Assembly (NCBI GenBank): GCA_029561455.1 | Contig: JAKQIY010000047.1 | Span: 332 to 64,331, forward strand | Direction of reading: 5' to 3' | Source of the DNA: a bacterium | GTDB lineage: Bacteria > Zhuqueibacterota > Zhuqueibacteria > Residuimicrobiales > Krinioviventaceae | Length of the DNA: 64,000 bases | Part shown: positions 41,502 to 52,294 of the stretch, piece after piece | Layout: every line of letters starts with the position of its first letter | Numbering within the stretch: the first letter of the stretch is position 1 | The notes under the pieces: model-generated | Told to the model about the DNA's origin: nothing | Seen by the model: the letters and a program-made list of their open reading frames with translations, nothing else | The model's database searches: none | Position numbers and translations under genes: made by a program

Positions 41502-42457
41502 TGATTGGTTTGTTTGTTATGACCGACCAGGTAAAAATACAGTTCCTCGGCACCGGCGCCGCTGTTCCCTCGCTGCGGCGCGGACTGCCTTCTTTGGCAA
41601 TACTGCATGACGGCGGCATTATCCTTTGCGATATTGGCGAAGGCACGCAATTAAATATTTTACGGGCCGGATTACCGCCTTCAAAAATTCATACCATCCT
41701 AATTTCCCACCTGCATGGCGACCATATTTTCGGCCTGCCGGGCTTTTTAACCTCGCAGCAAATGATGGACAGGGTTAATCCCCTCACCATAATCGGTCCC
41801 CCCGGAATCCGGCAATATTATGACCATATTCGCAGCATAGCGGGGTTCGATATTCAATATCCGCTTTATTTTAAAGAATTGACGCAGGAGGAAAATAATT
41901 CCATGCTGGTTGGGCCGTTCCAGGTAACCGCCAAACCGCTGGAGCATCGCACAGTGTGTTATGGGTATCGTTTAAGCGAATCGCCCAAAGCCGGCAAATT
42001 CAATTCACAGGCCGCCGCGGCGCTCGGCATTCCCGAAGGTTCGCAACGCCGGGATTTGCAGCAGGGAATTCCGGTACAGATAAATGGAAAGTTGATCAAG
42101 CCGGAACAGGTGGTCGGGCCGCCTGTGCCCGGCAGGATCATTGCCTACCTCACCGATACCCGGCCCTGCGTTAATGCCCTGGAACTGGCGCGCACCGCCA
42201 CTGCATTGATATTCGACAGCACCTTCTCCGGCGATCACGCCGAACGGGCGCAGCAAACCTTTCACAGCACCTCGGTGCAGGCGGCGGAACTTGCCCGGCA
42301 AGCCGTTGCGGGGCAATTACTGCTTTGGCATATCAGCATTCGCAATGGCGAAGAGATCGAAGCAGCTATGCTGCGCGAAGCCCGGACAATTTTCCCGAAC
42401 ACCCTGATGCCTGCCGATTATGAAACCGTGGAAATTTTTCGTCCGGGCCAACGATGA
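41501..42457 (+). CDS. rnz: Ribonuclease Z (tRNA 3' endonuclease, MBL fold)
   Basis: 'LGTGAAVP', 'HLHGDHIFGLPGFL' and a C-terminal 'HISIR' are present. Confidence 0.8.
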   Translation: MIGLFVMTDQVKIQFLGTGAAVPSLRRGLPSLAILHDGGIILCDIGEGTQLNILRAGLPPSKIHTILISHLHGDHIFGLPGFLTSQQMMDRVNPLTIIGPPGIRQYYDHIRSIAGFDIQYPLYFKELTQEENNSMLVGPFQVTAKPLEHRTVCYGYRLSESPKAGKFNSQAAAALGIPEGSQRRDLQQGIPVQINGKLIKPEQVVGPPVPGRIIAYLTDTRPCVNALELARTATALIFDSTFSGDHAERAQQTFHSTSVQAAELARQAVAGQLLLWHISIRNGEEIEAAMLREARTIFPNTLMPADYETVEIFRPGQR

Positions 42458-43344
42458 AGCATAAAAACAAAACTCTGTTTATCCTGGTAATCGGCGTTTT
42501 TTCTATTTCCATATCTTCTATTTTAATAAAACTGTGCACTGCGCCTTCGCTTGTCATCTCTTTTTACCGCATGGCTATTGCCTCGCTTTTTTATCTTGGC
42601 GGCGTGTCGCTTTACCATGGTAATATTTTTAAAACAATAACTAAATCAGATTTCAAGTACATGCTCCTGTCCGGAGTTTTTCTAACATTTCACTTTGTCA
42701 CCTGGATCACTTCATTAAAGTATACCTCGGTTGCCAGTTCAGTTGTGCTGGTGCAAACCTCGCCGGTGTTTGTGGCGCTGGGCAGTTATTTATTTTTTAA
42801 AGAAAAACCCGGATTAGCAGGCGTTAGCGGTATTTTAATTACTATGGCCGGCGGGTTTATCATCAGTCGGTACGACAATGCCGGGCAAAGCGGCGCTTTG
42901 TTCGGCAACGTGCTGGCTGTTTTAGGCGCAATCGGCGCTTCCGGGTATTTTTTGCTGGGACGAAAAATCCGTAAAACTGTGGATATCTTCCGCTATGTGG
43001 CAATCGTGTATAGTGTTTCCACCTTGTTGCTACTGATACTTGTTCTTTTCAAAAATCCCGTTTCGTTATGGGGGTATAGCTGGCAAATGATGGCGCTGCT
43101 GGCGGCAATTGCGCTGGTGCCGCAGGTTATTGGTCATACCAGCATCAACTGGGCGTTAAAGTATTACTCGGCAACGGCGGTAACGATTGTCACGCTGGCG
43201 GAATCGGTGTGCGCCTCGCTCATTGCCTGGCTGTTGTTAAAAGAGCCCCTGCCGGTGTACAAGATCGTTGGCGGCATCATCCTGCTATCCGGAGTGGTAC
43301 TGGTGCTGTATGCGGAGAGCAGAGGCAAACTGGAAAAGAAATGA
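42454..43344 (+). CDS. EamA/DMT-family transporter
   Basis: About 10 TM segments in two EamA repeats. Confidence 0.65.
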   Translation: MKHKNKTLFILVIGVFSISISSILIKLCTAPSLVISFYRMAIASLFYLGGVSLYHGNIFKTITKSDFKYMLLSGVFLTFHFVTWITSLKYTSVASSVVLVQTSPVFVALGSYLFFKEKPGLAGVSGILITMAGGFIISRYDNAGQSGALFGNVLAVLGAIGASGYFLLGRKIRKTVDIFRYVAIVYSVSTLLLLILVLFKNPVSLWGYSWQMMALLAAIALVPQVIGHTSINWALKYYSATAVTIVTLAESVCASLIAWLLLKEPLPVYKIVGGIILLSGVVLVLYAESRGKLEKK

Positions 43345-43426
43345 CTTATTTTGAAGCTTGATTTTATTGATATTTGATTCAGTAAATTCTTTATTCACCC
43401 CAAGTAATACCAACCAGGGAGTTTTT

Positions 43427-43840
43427 ATGAAATTCTTCACCCATTATTTGTGGTTCACCACCAAAAATCACCGCGAATACATCAACATTACCGGCGACGT
43501 GGAACAGGCGCTGCAAAAAAGCGGTATTCAGGAAGGCATGGCCCTGGTTTCCGCCATGCACATCACCGCCGCAATCTATGTTAATGATGCGGAATCGGGC
43601 TTGATCCAGGATATCGACGACTGGCTGCAAAAGCTGGCGCCGCAAGGGCCGGATTACCGCCATCATCGCACCGGCGAGAGCAATGGCGATGCGCATTTAA
43701 AAAGTTTGCTCATGCACCATGAAGTCATTCTGCCGGTAACCAACGGCCAACTGGATTTAGGCCCCTGGCAGCAAGTCTATTATGCCGAGTTTGACGGCCA
43801 GCGCCGTAAACGGGTTATCATTAAAATTATGGGTGAATAG
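43427..43840 (+). CDS. YjbQ/UPF0047 family protein
   Basis: '[15 protein letters not shown]' and '[18 protein letters not shown]' are present. The start was chosen at the internal ATG. Confidence 0.65.
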   Translation: MKFFTHYLWFTTKNHREYINITGDVEQALQKSGIQEGMALVSAMHITAAIYVNDAESGLIQDIDDWLQKLAPQGPDYRHHRTGESNGDAHLKSLLMHHEVILPVTNGQLDLGPWQQVYYAEFDGQRRKRVIIKIMGE

Positions 43841-43860
43841 TAACATGGCGGGGGGTGAAA

Positions 43861-45219
43861 TTATTTACCCTGAATGCCCAACTGGTTCATTTTGCGGTAC
43901 AGGGTGGCTTCGCCAATGCCGAGCGCTTTGGCGGTGTTGCCGCGATGCCAGCGATACTTTTCCAGGTGTTCCAGAATATAGTAGCGTTCAAACTGTTCCA
44001 CAGCAGAGTTGAGATTTTCGGCGCTAACCTGGATTTTACTGCGGCTGCTCACCGGGAAATCGGGCGGCAGGTCGGCAATGGTCAATACCTCGCCGCGGGC
44101 AAAGATCATCAGCCGTTCAATATAATTTTCCAGTTCCCGCACTTCGCCCTGCCATTCCCGCTGCACCAGTTCGTTCAACAGGTCATCATCAAGTTTAACT
44201 ACTTTTTTGTTCATCTGGCGGTTGTATTTTTTTACAAAATGATCGATCAGCAGGGGAATATCGCAGCGCCGCTCGCTGAGCGACGGCAGGTAAATTTCGA
44301 TCACATTCAGTCGGTAATACAAATCTTCCCGGAATCTGCCTTTGGTAATTTGTTCCCGCAAATCCAGGTTGGAGGCGGCAATGATGCGCACATGGATTTT
44401 TTCCGGCACAGTCGAACCGACTGCCAAAACGGTTTTGGTCTCTATCGCGCGCAATAATTTGGCCTGGGCGGCCATTGAGAGCTCGCCGATCTCGTCCAGG
44501 AACAGGGTACCGCGATCTGCCGCTTTAAAGAGCCCGGGTTGATCGCCGACCGCGCCGGTGAATGACCCTTTTTTGTGGCCAAACAGTTCGCTTTCGATGA
44601 GCGTTTCGGTGATAGCGCCGCAATTTACGGCTACAAATCGTCCCAGCCGGTGCCGGCTGTTAAAATGGATGGCTTTGGCGACCAGTTCCTTACCGGTGCC
44701 GCTTTTACCGCCGATGAGCACATTACTTTCACTGTCCGATACTTTGCGGATGGTTTCGAACACTCTTTTTATAGCCGGACTTTTACCGATGATATTGGTA
44801 AAATCATAGTTGGCGTTCACTTCCTGGCGCAGCGCCTGGTTTTCATACACCAGTTCCTTGTGCTCGACCAGCTTGTATACTTTATGCGCGACATCCTCAA
44901 AATTGAGCGGTTTAAGCAGGTAATCGTATGCTCCCTTACGCAGCGCTTCAACGGCTGTTTCTATTGAAGCGTAAGCGGTAATAATGATAAACGAAACTTT
45001 TACCGGCAACAACGCTGCCTTTTCCAGCAATTCCATACCGTTCATCACCGGCATTTCCAGATCGGTTATAACGACATCAAACTCGTTGGTTTTGATCTGT
45101 TCCAGGGCTTCAGCGCCGTTGGCGGCCTGGCGACAGACAAACCCGCGGTTATTCAACACAGCGATCAGGCTTTCCCTGGTTATGTCGTCATCATCGACGA
45201 CCAGCACATGGATTGCCAT
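43861..45219 (-). CDS. Sigma-54-dependent response regulator (NtrC family: REC, AAA+, Fis-HTH)
   Basis: 'VLVVDDDD', 'GGKSGTGKELVA', 'GSFTGA' and a C-terminal 'RGNTAKALGIGEATLYRK' are present. Confidence 0.85.
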   Translation of the reverse strand: MAIHVLVVDDDDITRESLIAVLNNRGFVCRQAANGAEALEQIKTNEFDVVITDLEMPVMNGMELLEKAALLPVKVSFIIITAYASIETAVEALRKGAYDYLLKPLNFEDVAHKVYKLVEHKELVYENQALRQEVNANYDFTNIIGKSPAIKRVFETIRKVSDSESNVLIGGKSGTGKELVAKAIHFNSRHRLGRFVAVNCGAITETLIESELFGHKKGSFTGAVGDQPGLFKAADRGTLFLDEIGELSMAAQAKLLRAIETKTVLAVGSTVPEKIHVRIIAASNLDLREQITKGRFREDLYYRLNVIEIYLPSLSERRCDIPLLIDHFVKKYNRQMNKKVVKLDDDLLNELVQREWQGEVRELENYIERLMIFARGEVLTIADLPPDFPVSSRSKIQVSAENLNSAVEQFERYYILEHLEKYRWHRGNTAKALGIGEATLYRKMNQLGIQGK

Positions 45220-47103
45220 TTACTTGTCCTTTTTATATTGCGGTAAGGCAATGGTAAAAGTGGAATATTCCCCTTGCCGGCTATCCACGCTGATGGTGCC
45301 GTTAAAACTGGAAATAATATTGTAACTGACCCATAATCCCAGGCCGGTGCCTTTACCTTTAGCTTTGGTAGTATAAAACGGTTCAAAGATATGCGCAATT
45401 TTATCTTCAGGAATGCCGGAGCCGTTGTCGGTAATTGAAGTATAAACTTTTTCCGCATCGAACCAGGTTTTAATAATCAACGTGCCGTTCTGCACATTTT
45501 CCATCGCGTCGGCGGCGTTCAGGCAGATATTGATGAAAACCTGTAACACCTGATCAAAGCTGGCGGTAACCAGGGGGATTTTGGGTTCCAGTACGGTTTC
45601 GATATTTTGATGTTTCAGTCGTTTATCATACTTTATTATACGGATGACATGTTCGATGACACTGTTCAGGTAGATCATTTCGACATTATGCGCAATCGGC
45701 TTGGAAAAATCCACCAGGGTTTTGACGGTACGCGATATACGGTCGATATTTTGACGGATGAGAGTGATCTTGTCCTTGACATCCTCGTCATCTACTTTAA
45801 AGCTGAGCAACTGGGTGAGGGAAGATATGGAATTTAACGGTGAGCCGACTTCATGGGCAATACCGGCTGCCAGGGTGCCGACGGCGGACAGTTTTTCGGA
45901 CTGGATGAGTTGCTGGCGAAGTTGTTCCTGCTGGGTCATATCCCGCGCTATAACGCTGCTGCCGATATATTCACCGCGGTCGTTTAAAATTGCGGTACGG
46001 CTAATATCGATGACGATCTTGCGCCCATCGCGGGTCAAACGGTGAGAGCGCAAGTTGCGGACAAAGCCTTTTTCGCGGACTATTTGGTTGATATTTTCAA
46101 TTTCTTCCTGTGATTGGGGATCATCAGGCACGATGAGGCTGATGGTTTTACCAATCACTTCTTCTTCCGGCCAGCCATATAATAGTTCGGCGGCGTTGTT
46201 CCACATAACGATCCGGTCATTTTCGTTGAGAATGATGATAGCGTCGGCGGCGTCGTTGAGTATATTTTCAAAGTACTGCTCGTAGCGTTTCAGGGTTAGC
46301 TGCCCTTTGATATGCTCGGTCACGTCATGGCTGAGCACGGAAACGCCGATAGGCCGGTCATTTTCATCACGTAACGGGGCAATTTTATAATTAATGATCC
46401 GTTCTTCGCGCTTGCCAATCTTGTGTTTCACTTCAAACAGATCGGCTTCGCGGTTTTCTTCCACCGCCTGCATGATTGCTATATACAGTTTTTTTTCTTT
46501 TTTAAAAAACGGCAGAATTGTGAGCAGATTCTGACCCAGAGCTTCGCGCGTTGTTATATGGTACATTTTATCCAGCCCGGCGCTCCAGTGGATAAAATTA
46601 AGGTTTTTATCCAGCATGAACAGACCAACCCCGGCAAAATCGAGGGACAGCATGCCCTTTTCCAGGGCGCGGGTATAATTTTTAGGCAGTTGTTCGACTT
46701 TGGCCGCCGACCTGGCTTTGAATTGCACGCTGATTGTTTGGATGAGCGGTTCGTAAAGATCATTGATTTGCCCAAAGGCGTTGAGACTGTTATAGTTTTG
46801 CGAATGTTCTTTGGCGATGAACGACAGAATGATGTAGCGACTGACCAGCAGGGAATTGACGATCAGCTTGGGCGCTTCATTAAGCGCCAGGTAAAAGGTG
46901 TTGATTATTTTTTCCACATGCTTTATAATGACTTCCACATCAAATTCAGCCAGGTAATCAACCAGCAATTCTTTGAGCGCATAAACCAGCCGGCGCAGCC
47001 GCTCTTCCTCCCAGTTCGGAAACAACTGTTTGACACGGGTTTCCCATTCCGCAATAATTTCCGGTTCTTTGATTTCTAAAATATGTAAAATTTCTCTAGT
47101 CAA
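45220..47103 (-). CDS. Sensor histidine kinase with PAS domains (NtrB-like, cytoplasmic)
   Basis: PAS repeats, the H-box 'AHEVGSPLNSI' and an HATPase domain with 'GTGLGLWVS' are present. It is adjacent to the response-regulator gene with no spacer. Confidence 0.8.
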   Translation of the reverse strand: MTREILHILEIKEPEIIAEWETRVKQLFPNWEEERLRRLVYALKELLVDYLAEFDVEVIIKHVEKIINTFYLALNEAPKLIVNSLLVSRYIILSFIAKEHSQNYNSLNAFGQINDLYEPLIQTISVQFKARSAAKVEQLPKNYTRALEKGMLSLDFAGVGLFMLDKNLNFIHWSAGLDKMYHITTREALGQNLLTILPFFKKEKKLYIAIMQAVEENREADLFEVKHKIGKREERIINYKIAPLRDENDRPIGVSVLSHDVTEHIKGQLTLKRYEQYFENILNDAADAIIILNENDRIVMWNNAAELLYGWPEEEVIGKTISLIVPDDPQSQEEIENINQIVREKGFVRNLRSHRLTRDGRKIVIDISRTAILNDRGEYIGSSVIARDMTQQEQLRQQLIQSEKLSAVGTLAAGIAHEVGSPLNSISSLTQLLSFKVDDEDVKDKITLIRQNIDRISRTVKTLVDFSKPIAHNVEMIYLNSVIEHVIRIIKYDKRLKHQNIETVLEPKIPLVTASFDQVLQVFINICLNAADAMENVQNGTLIIKTWFDAEKVYTSITDNGSGIPEDKIAHIFEPFYTTKAKGKGTGLGLWVSYNIISSFNGTISVDSRQGEYSTFTIALPQYKKDK

Positions 47104-47444
47104 TTACAATCCTATGTTTATCAACAATACAACGCCAATTCCCGTATAGAGATTCCTGAATTCGGCGGTAAACGATCATTTTCATTTTCTGGCTGGTTAC
47201 CCGGCAGGATAACTCTATATAATGCAGACCTGTCATATCTTTCCTTTTCCCTATATAAATTAAACAAAAAACACCAGAAATCAAATGATAAAAAATGTGC
47301 AAACAGATGAAATCGAGCCGGTTTACTTTTAATCGTATTTGTTAATGATTATTCTATATTTGCCTGTTGCTTTTTTGAATATACTTTAATATTATAACTT
47401 TTAACTTTATTGAATAACCCTTAATATGAGCAAGGCAGGTTCAC

Positions 47445-48839
47445 ATGATCTTTAAAAGAATAATTTTCGCCTGGTTTTTATGCTTAATACTTACCGGATT
47501 TTCCATGGCTGTAGAAAAACCCCGGGTAATTGTTTTGACTGATATTTCCAATGAGCCGGACGATGAAGAATCGATGGTGCGATTCCTGGTTTATGCCAAT
47601 GAGTATGATGTCGAAGGGCTGATAGCTACCACCTCGGCGTGGCTGCGCGATACCACCCGGCTCGATCTCATTCAAAGGCAGATCGATGCTTATGGCCTGG
47701 TGCGTGATAATTTGTTAAAACATGCCCCCGGTTACCCGACTGTTGACCATTTACTAACGGTTGCTAAAAGCGGGCAGACCGGTTTTGGGATGAGCGATGT
47801 TGGCTTTGGCAAGAGTACGTTCGGCTCGAACCATATTATTAGCATGATTGATCGACCAGATGACCGTCCGGTGTGGATTTGCTGTTGGGGAGGGACGAAC
47901 ACCCTGGCCCAGGCGATGTGGGATGTCAAATACACGCGCACCCCGCGCGAGTTGGCGCAATTTATCGCTAAACTTCGCGTCTATACCATATCCGACCAGG
48001 ATGATGCCGGGCGCTGGCTGCGCATTACTTTTCCCGATCTTTATTATATTGTCTCACCCAGTAATGTGGATTGGACCGAGTATTACAAAGCAACATGGAC
48101 CGGTATTTCCGGCGACCGGAATTATAAAAACGGCCCAGGCCATTATTTTGAACTCGTTGATAATCCCTGGCTTACGGAAAACATCATACAAAATCATGGC
48201 CCTCTCGGCGCCTTGTATCCGCCCCTGGCTTATATTATGGAAGGCGACTCTCCTTCTTTTTTGAATCTGATCGATAACGGCCTCGGCAGTTCTATCAGTC
48301 CCACTTATGGAGGTTGGGGCGGACGTTATGAACTGATGCAGAGTTATGCGGAAACCCGGCCGATATACACCAACAGCCGCGATACGTTCCGGGCTGCCGA
48401 TGGATTACACTATACCAGCACCCAGGCGACTATATGGCGCTGGCGCACCGCCTATCAATACGATTTTGCCGCGCGCATGGACTGGTGTGTGGCGCAGGAT
48501 TTTAAAGACGCCAACCATAATCCTATTGCCGTGTTGAATACATGCACCGGTAAGGATATTGTGGAAATGACGGTAACCTCGGGCGGTCAGGTTGAGTTTT
48601 CCGCAGAAGGTTCAACTGACCCGGATGGGAACAAATTGACTATCGCCTGGTTTCAATACCCGGAAGCGGGAACCTGGCCCGGCGTTATTCAACTGAAAAG
48701 TACGGATAAAATGGCTACCGGTTTTGTTGCGCCGGTTGTTGATGAAAAACAAACCATCCACATTATTTTGCAAGTGCGGGACGACGGCACTCCCAATCTT
48801 ACCGCTTACCGGCGGGCAATTGTTACTGTTATACCCTGA
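47445..48839 (+). CDS. DUF1593 (cellulose-binding Sde182-like, nucleoside-hydrolase-like) protein with C-terminal Ig-like domain
   Basis: A signal peptide is followed by 'VIVLTDISNEPDDEESMVRFLVYANEYDVEGLIATTS'. Confidence 0.5.
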   Translation: MIFKRIIFAWFLCLILTGFSMAVEKPRVIVLTDISNEPDDEESMVRFLVYANEYDVEGLIATTSAWLRDTTRLDLIQRQIDAYGLVRDNLLKHAPGYPTVDHLLTVAKSGQTGFGMSDVGFGKSTFGSNHIISMIDRPDDRPVWICCWGGTNTLAQAMWDVKYTRTPRELAQFIAKLRVYTISDQDDAGRWLRITFPDLYYIVSPSNVDWTEYYKATWTGISGDRNYKNGPGHYFELVDNPWLTENIIQNHGPLGALYPPLAYIMEGDSPSFLNLIDNGLGSSISPTYGGWGGRYELMQSYAETRPIYTNSRDTFRAADGLHYTSTQATIWRWRTAYQYDFAARMDWCVAQDFKDANHNPIAVLNTCTGKDIVEMTVTSGGQVEFSAEGSTDPDGNKLTIAWFQYPEAGTWPGVIQLKSTDKMATGFVAPVVDEKQTIHIILQVRDDGTPNLTAYRRAIVTVIP

Positions 48840-48873
48840 CCGGGCTGCCGGCCAGGTATGAATAATTGAAGGA

Positions 48874-49776
48874 ATGAATTTTATGACTCGCAATTACGGA
48901 CTGGAATTTTACAAACGGACTTTAATTTCTTTTCTGTTACTGCTATGTTGCTGCTCGTCAAGCACTGAACCGAAAAAAACTGATCCTGATGACCCCGACC
49001 CCGTGATCGAAAAAGCCTATACTTTTACTTTACCGGATACAGTCATTGATCTGCCGGATCGGCTGAAAGAGATTTCGGGATTGACCACACTGGACAACTC
49101 TCAACTCGGCGCGGTGCATGATGAGATGGGTAATTTCTATATCATCAATATCGTTACCGGCAATATCGATAAAAAAACTGTTGGCGAAGCAGGGGATTTT
49201 GAAGGCATAGCCAATATCGACACCACCATCTTTATCCTGCGCAGCAACGGCACATTGTTGAAAATCAGCAACTGGAAAACGGAGACGTTTACCCCGGAGG
49301 TTATCGAAACCCCCCTGAAAGCCAAAAATAACTGCGAGGGCCTGGCTTTTGATTCCACCCGCAACCGCCTGCTCATTGCCTGCAAGGAAGAACCCGGCAA
49401 TGGTTTGCAGGATGTACGCGCTATTTATGCTTATGACCTGACCCAAAACCGGTTTGTTGACGCGCCGGTTTACACCATTCCACTAACCAGGGACGGCGCC
49501 GCTTTACCGGATTTCCGACCCTCTTCTCTTGCCATTCACCCGGTGACCGGCAAGCTATTTATACTGTCTTCTAAAGAGAAATCAGTACTGGTTCTGGATA
49601 ACGACAATACAATTCTGGCACAATACACGTTGCCGGATTCGTTGTATGAACGACCGGAGGGCATCACCTTTTTGGATAACGGCGATATGTTCATCAGCAA
49701 TGAAAAGGGCTTTACGGATAGCGCAACGCTGGTGCGGTTGAATTATAAAGAAAACATGACGCCCCCTGAGGAATAA
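48874..49776 (+). CDS. SdiA-regulated/YjiK-like beta-propeller lipoprotein (tentative)
   Basis: A lipoprotein signal 'LLLLCCCSS' is present. 'EISGLT...' repeats are reminiscent of the SdiA-regulated domain. Confidence 0.35.
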   Translation: MNFMTRNYGLEFYKRTLISFLLLLCCCSSSTEPKKTDPDDPDPVIEKAYTFTLPDTVIDLPDRLKEISGLTTLDNSQLGAVHDEMGNFYIINIVTGNIDKKTVGEAGDFEGIANIDTTIFILRSNGTLLKISNWKTETFTPEVIETPLKAKNNCEGLAFDSTRNRLLIACKEEPGNGLQDVRAIYAYDLTQNRFVDAPVYTIPLTRDGAALPDFRPSSLAIHPVTGKLFILSSKEKSVLVLDNDNTILAQYTLPDSLYERPEGITFLDNGDMFISNEKGFTDSATLVRLNYKENMTPPEE

Positions 49777-49858
49777 ATTTGCATCGAGCGGATAGTGAAC
49801 CGTGACACGCATGAATCTTACAATCTCTTAAAAATCTGCAAATGTCATCATTCATTAT

Positions 49859-52279
49859 GTGAAGGAGAGTATAATGAAGTGTAATAAAGGTCTGGTCGTA
49901 ATAATCTTTATATCAGTAGTTACTCTTTTTTTGTCCTCCGGGTTTGCAAAACAGGCAGATCAACCCCGCCAGGTTATCAAATTTGATTATAACTGGAAAT
50001 TCATGCTCGGCGATTCTGCCGATGCCGGGGAGGTCGGTTTTAATGACGCTAACTGGCGCGATCTGACCTTGCCGCATGACTGGAGTATTGAGCAGCCGTT
50101 TGATAAAAATCCCCGCCTGGGCAGTAATGCCTTTTTACCCGGCGGCATTGGCTGGTATCGCAAACATTTTACAGTTCCCGAAAATTATAAGAATAAAAAG
50201 GTAACCATTCGTTTTGACGGCGTATACCACCGCAGCGACGTTTATATTAACGGCCGGCATGTCGGCTACCGGCCGTATGGCTTTGTCGGTTTTGAGTACG
50301 ACCTGACTCCATACCTGAAAATTGGCGGGGAAAATGTACTGGCTGTACGGGTTAATCACTCCGATGCTCCCACTGCCCGCTGGTATTCCGGTTCCGGTAT
50401 TTACCGGCATGTATGGCTGATCGTTACCTCTCCTGTGTATGTTGCCCAATGGGGAACGTATATCACCACCGGCGATATTACCGATCAATCTGCAACTGTA
50501 ACTATGACCACCTCTATAAAAAATGACCTTGCAAGCGTTAAAAAGATCAGGGTGATCTCTACAATCATTGACCCCAACCACCAGGAAGCGGGTAAAATCA
50601 GCAGGGAAACGGAACTGCCTGCACAGGGAGCGCAGGACGTAGCACAAACGCTTGCTGTTGCCAGGCCCATGTTGTGGTCGCTGCAGCAGCCGTACTTGTA
50701 TACCCTCCGTACCGAGGTCATCGACGCGCAAAACGGTAAATCCCTGGATGAATATACAACGCCTTTCGGTATCCGCGAAATTCGTTATGATGCAGATAAA
50801 GGGTTCTTCCTTAATGGCGTTAACCTGAAAATGCAGGGAGTTTGTATGCACCAGGACGTCGCCTGCCTGGGGGTAGCGGTTCCGGAACGGGCGTGGCTCA
50901 GACGCCTGCAGGCGCTAAAAGAACTGGGCTGCAACGCCATCCGTATGAGCCATAATCCGCCCGCACCGGAACTACTGGATCTGTGCGATAAAATGGGTTT
51001 CCTGGTCATCGATGAAGCGTTCGATAAATGGAAGACCATGTACTATGCGGAATTTTTTAATGACTGGTGGGAAAAAGACCTGAACACGATGCTGCAACGC
51101 GACCGCAATCATCCCTCGGTCATTATGTGGAGTTTGGGTAACGAGGTTTTTGAACAGGGCAAGCCGGATGGCGCGGCAATATTGACAATGCTGCGGGATC
51201 ATGTCCATAAATACGAACCGACCCGCCCGGTTACAGTTGCCTTGTATCCCAACGCGGCCGGCGACCGCGGCGGGACGAAAAATGCGTTTGCGCCGTTAAT
51301 GGACATAGTTGGTTACAATTACGCGGAACAGTGGTTCGAAGCGGATCGGCAGGATTACCCGCAGCGCATTATCTATAGCGCCGAGGCGTTCCCGTATTTC
51401 CGCGGCACGCAGCAAGTGAACAAGGCTTACGACACGCTCAATCCCTGGTACGCCGTACCTGAACATGATTATGTGATCGGTCAGTTTATTTGGGCCGGGT
51501 TCGATTACCTGGGCGAGAGCAGCGGCTGGCCAAGCAAAGGCTGGCCAACGTGCCCGATCAATACCTGCGGATGGTTAAAAGCCAATTCGTTCTTTCATCA
51601 AACCGTGTGGAAAAAGCAACCGCAGGTGTACATTGCCGTGCTGAACGATGCGTTGGATATCGATCCCGGCAAACCGCACTGGAACTGGCCCAAGAGCGCG
51701 GCGCACTGGAATTTTAGCGATTGCGCCGGCGAGGTGCTGCGCGTGGAAACGCCGACCAACTGCGAAACAGTGCAACTGTTTTTAAACGGCGAGAACCTGG
51801 GTATCCGCCGCGCTGCAGATTTTCCGAATTCCACCATCCAGTGGCATGTTGCCTGGAAACCGGGCACCCTGACTGCCATTGCCAGAAATGGCGACGTTAG
51901 CGCCGATAGCTGTACCTTGCAGACTGCCGGAACCCCGGCAAAAATTTTGTTAACCCCGGATTGTACCACCCTGGCGGCGGATGGGCAGGATATTGCCCAT
52001 ATCGAGTTATCTTTGCTCGACGCTAAAGGGATACTTGTCCCTGACGCCGACCGCACTATAACATTTCATGTGGAAGGTGAAGGCAGCCTGGCCGGGGTGG
52101 ATAATGGTGACCTGCGCTGCAATGAATCATATCAAAATCCCGCGCGCCAGACCTATTGGGGGCGCTGTCTGGCGATTGTCCGCTCCACCCGCAAACCCGG
52201 ATCGATATGGATTACTGCCGAAACGGCAGATTTACCACCGGCAACAATGGAAATTAAAACCACCTTATTTGACCAATAA
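49859..52279 (+). CDS. Glycoside hydrolase family 2 (beta-galactosidase/beta-mannosidase-like)
   Basis: A sugar-binding N-terminal domain is followed by a TIM barrel with 'MWSLGNE' and 'IDEAFDKW'. Confidence 0.75.
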   Translation: MKESIMKCNKGLVVIIFISVVTLFLSSGFAKQADQPRQVIKFDYNWKFMLGDSADAGEVGFNDANWRDLTLPHDWSIEQPFDKNPRLGSNAFLPGGIGWYRKHFTVPENYKNKKVTIRFDGVYHRSDVYINGRHVGYRPYGFVGFEYDLTPYLKIGGENVLAVRVNHSDAPTARWYSGSGIYRHVWLIVTSPVYVAQWGTYITTGDITDQSATVTMTTSIKNDLASVKKIRVISTIIDPNHQEAGKISRETELPAQGAQDVAQTLAVARPMLWSLQQPYLYTLRTEVIDAQNGKSLDEYTTPFGIREIRYDADKGFFLNGVNLKMQGVCMHQDVACLGVAVPERAWLRRLQALKELGCNAIRMSHNPPAPELLDLCDKMGFLVIDEAFDKWKTMYYAEFFNDWWEKDLNTMLQRDRNHPSVIMWSLGNEVFEQGKPDGAAILTMLRDHVHKYEPTRPVTVALYPNAAGDRGGTKNAFAPLMDIVGYNYAEQWFEADRQDYPQRIIYSAEAFPYFRGTQQVNKAYDTLNPWYAVPEHDYVIGQFIWAGFDYLGESSGWPSKGWPTCPINTCGWLKANSFFHQTVWKKQPQVYIAVLNDALDIDPGKPHWNWPKSAAHWNFSDCAGEVLRVETPTNCETVQLFLNGENLGIRRAADFPNSTIQWHVAWKPGTLTAIARNGDVSADSCTLQTAGTPAKILLTPDCTTLAADGQDIAHIELSLLDAKGILVPDADRTITFHVEGEGSLAGVDNGDLRCNESYQNPARQTYWGRCLAIVRSTRKPGSIWITAETADLPPATMEIKTTLFDQ

Positions 52280-52294
52280 AAAACGGAGACTCGA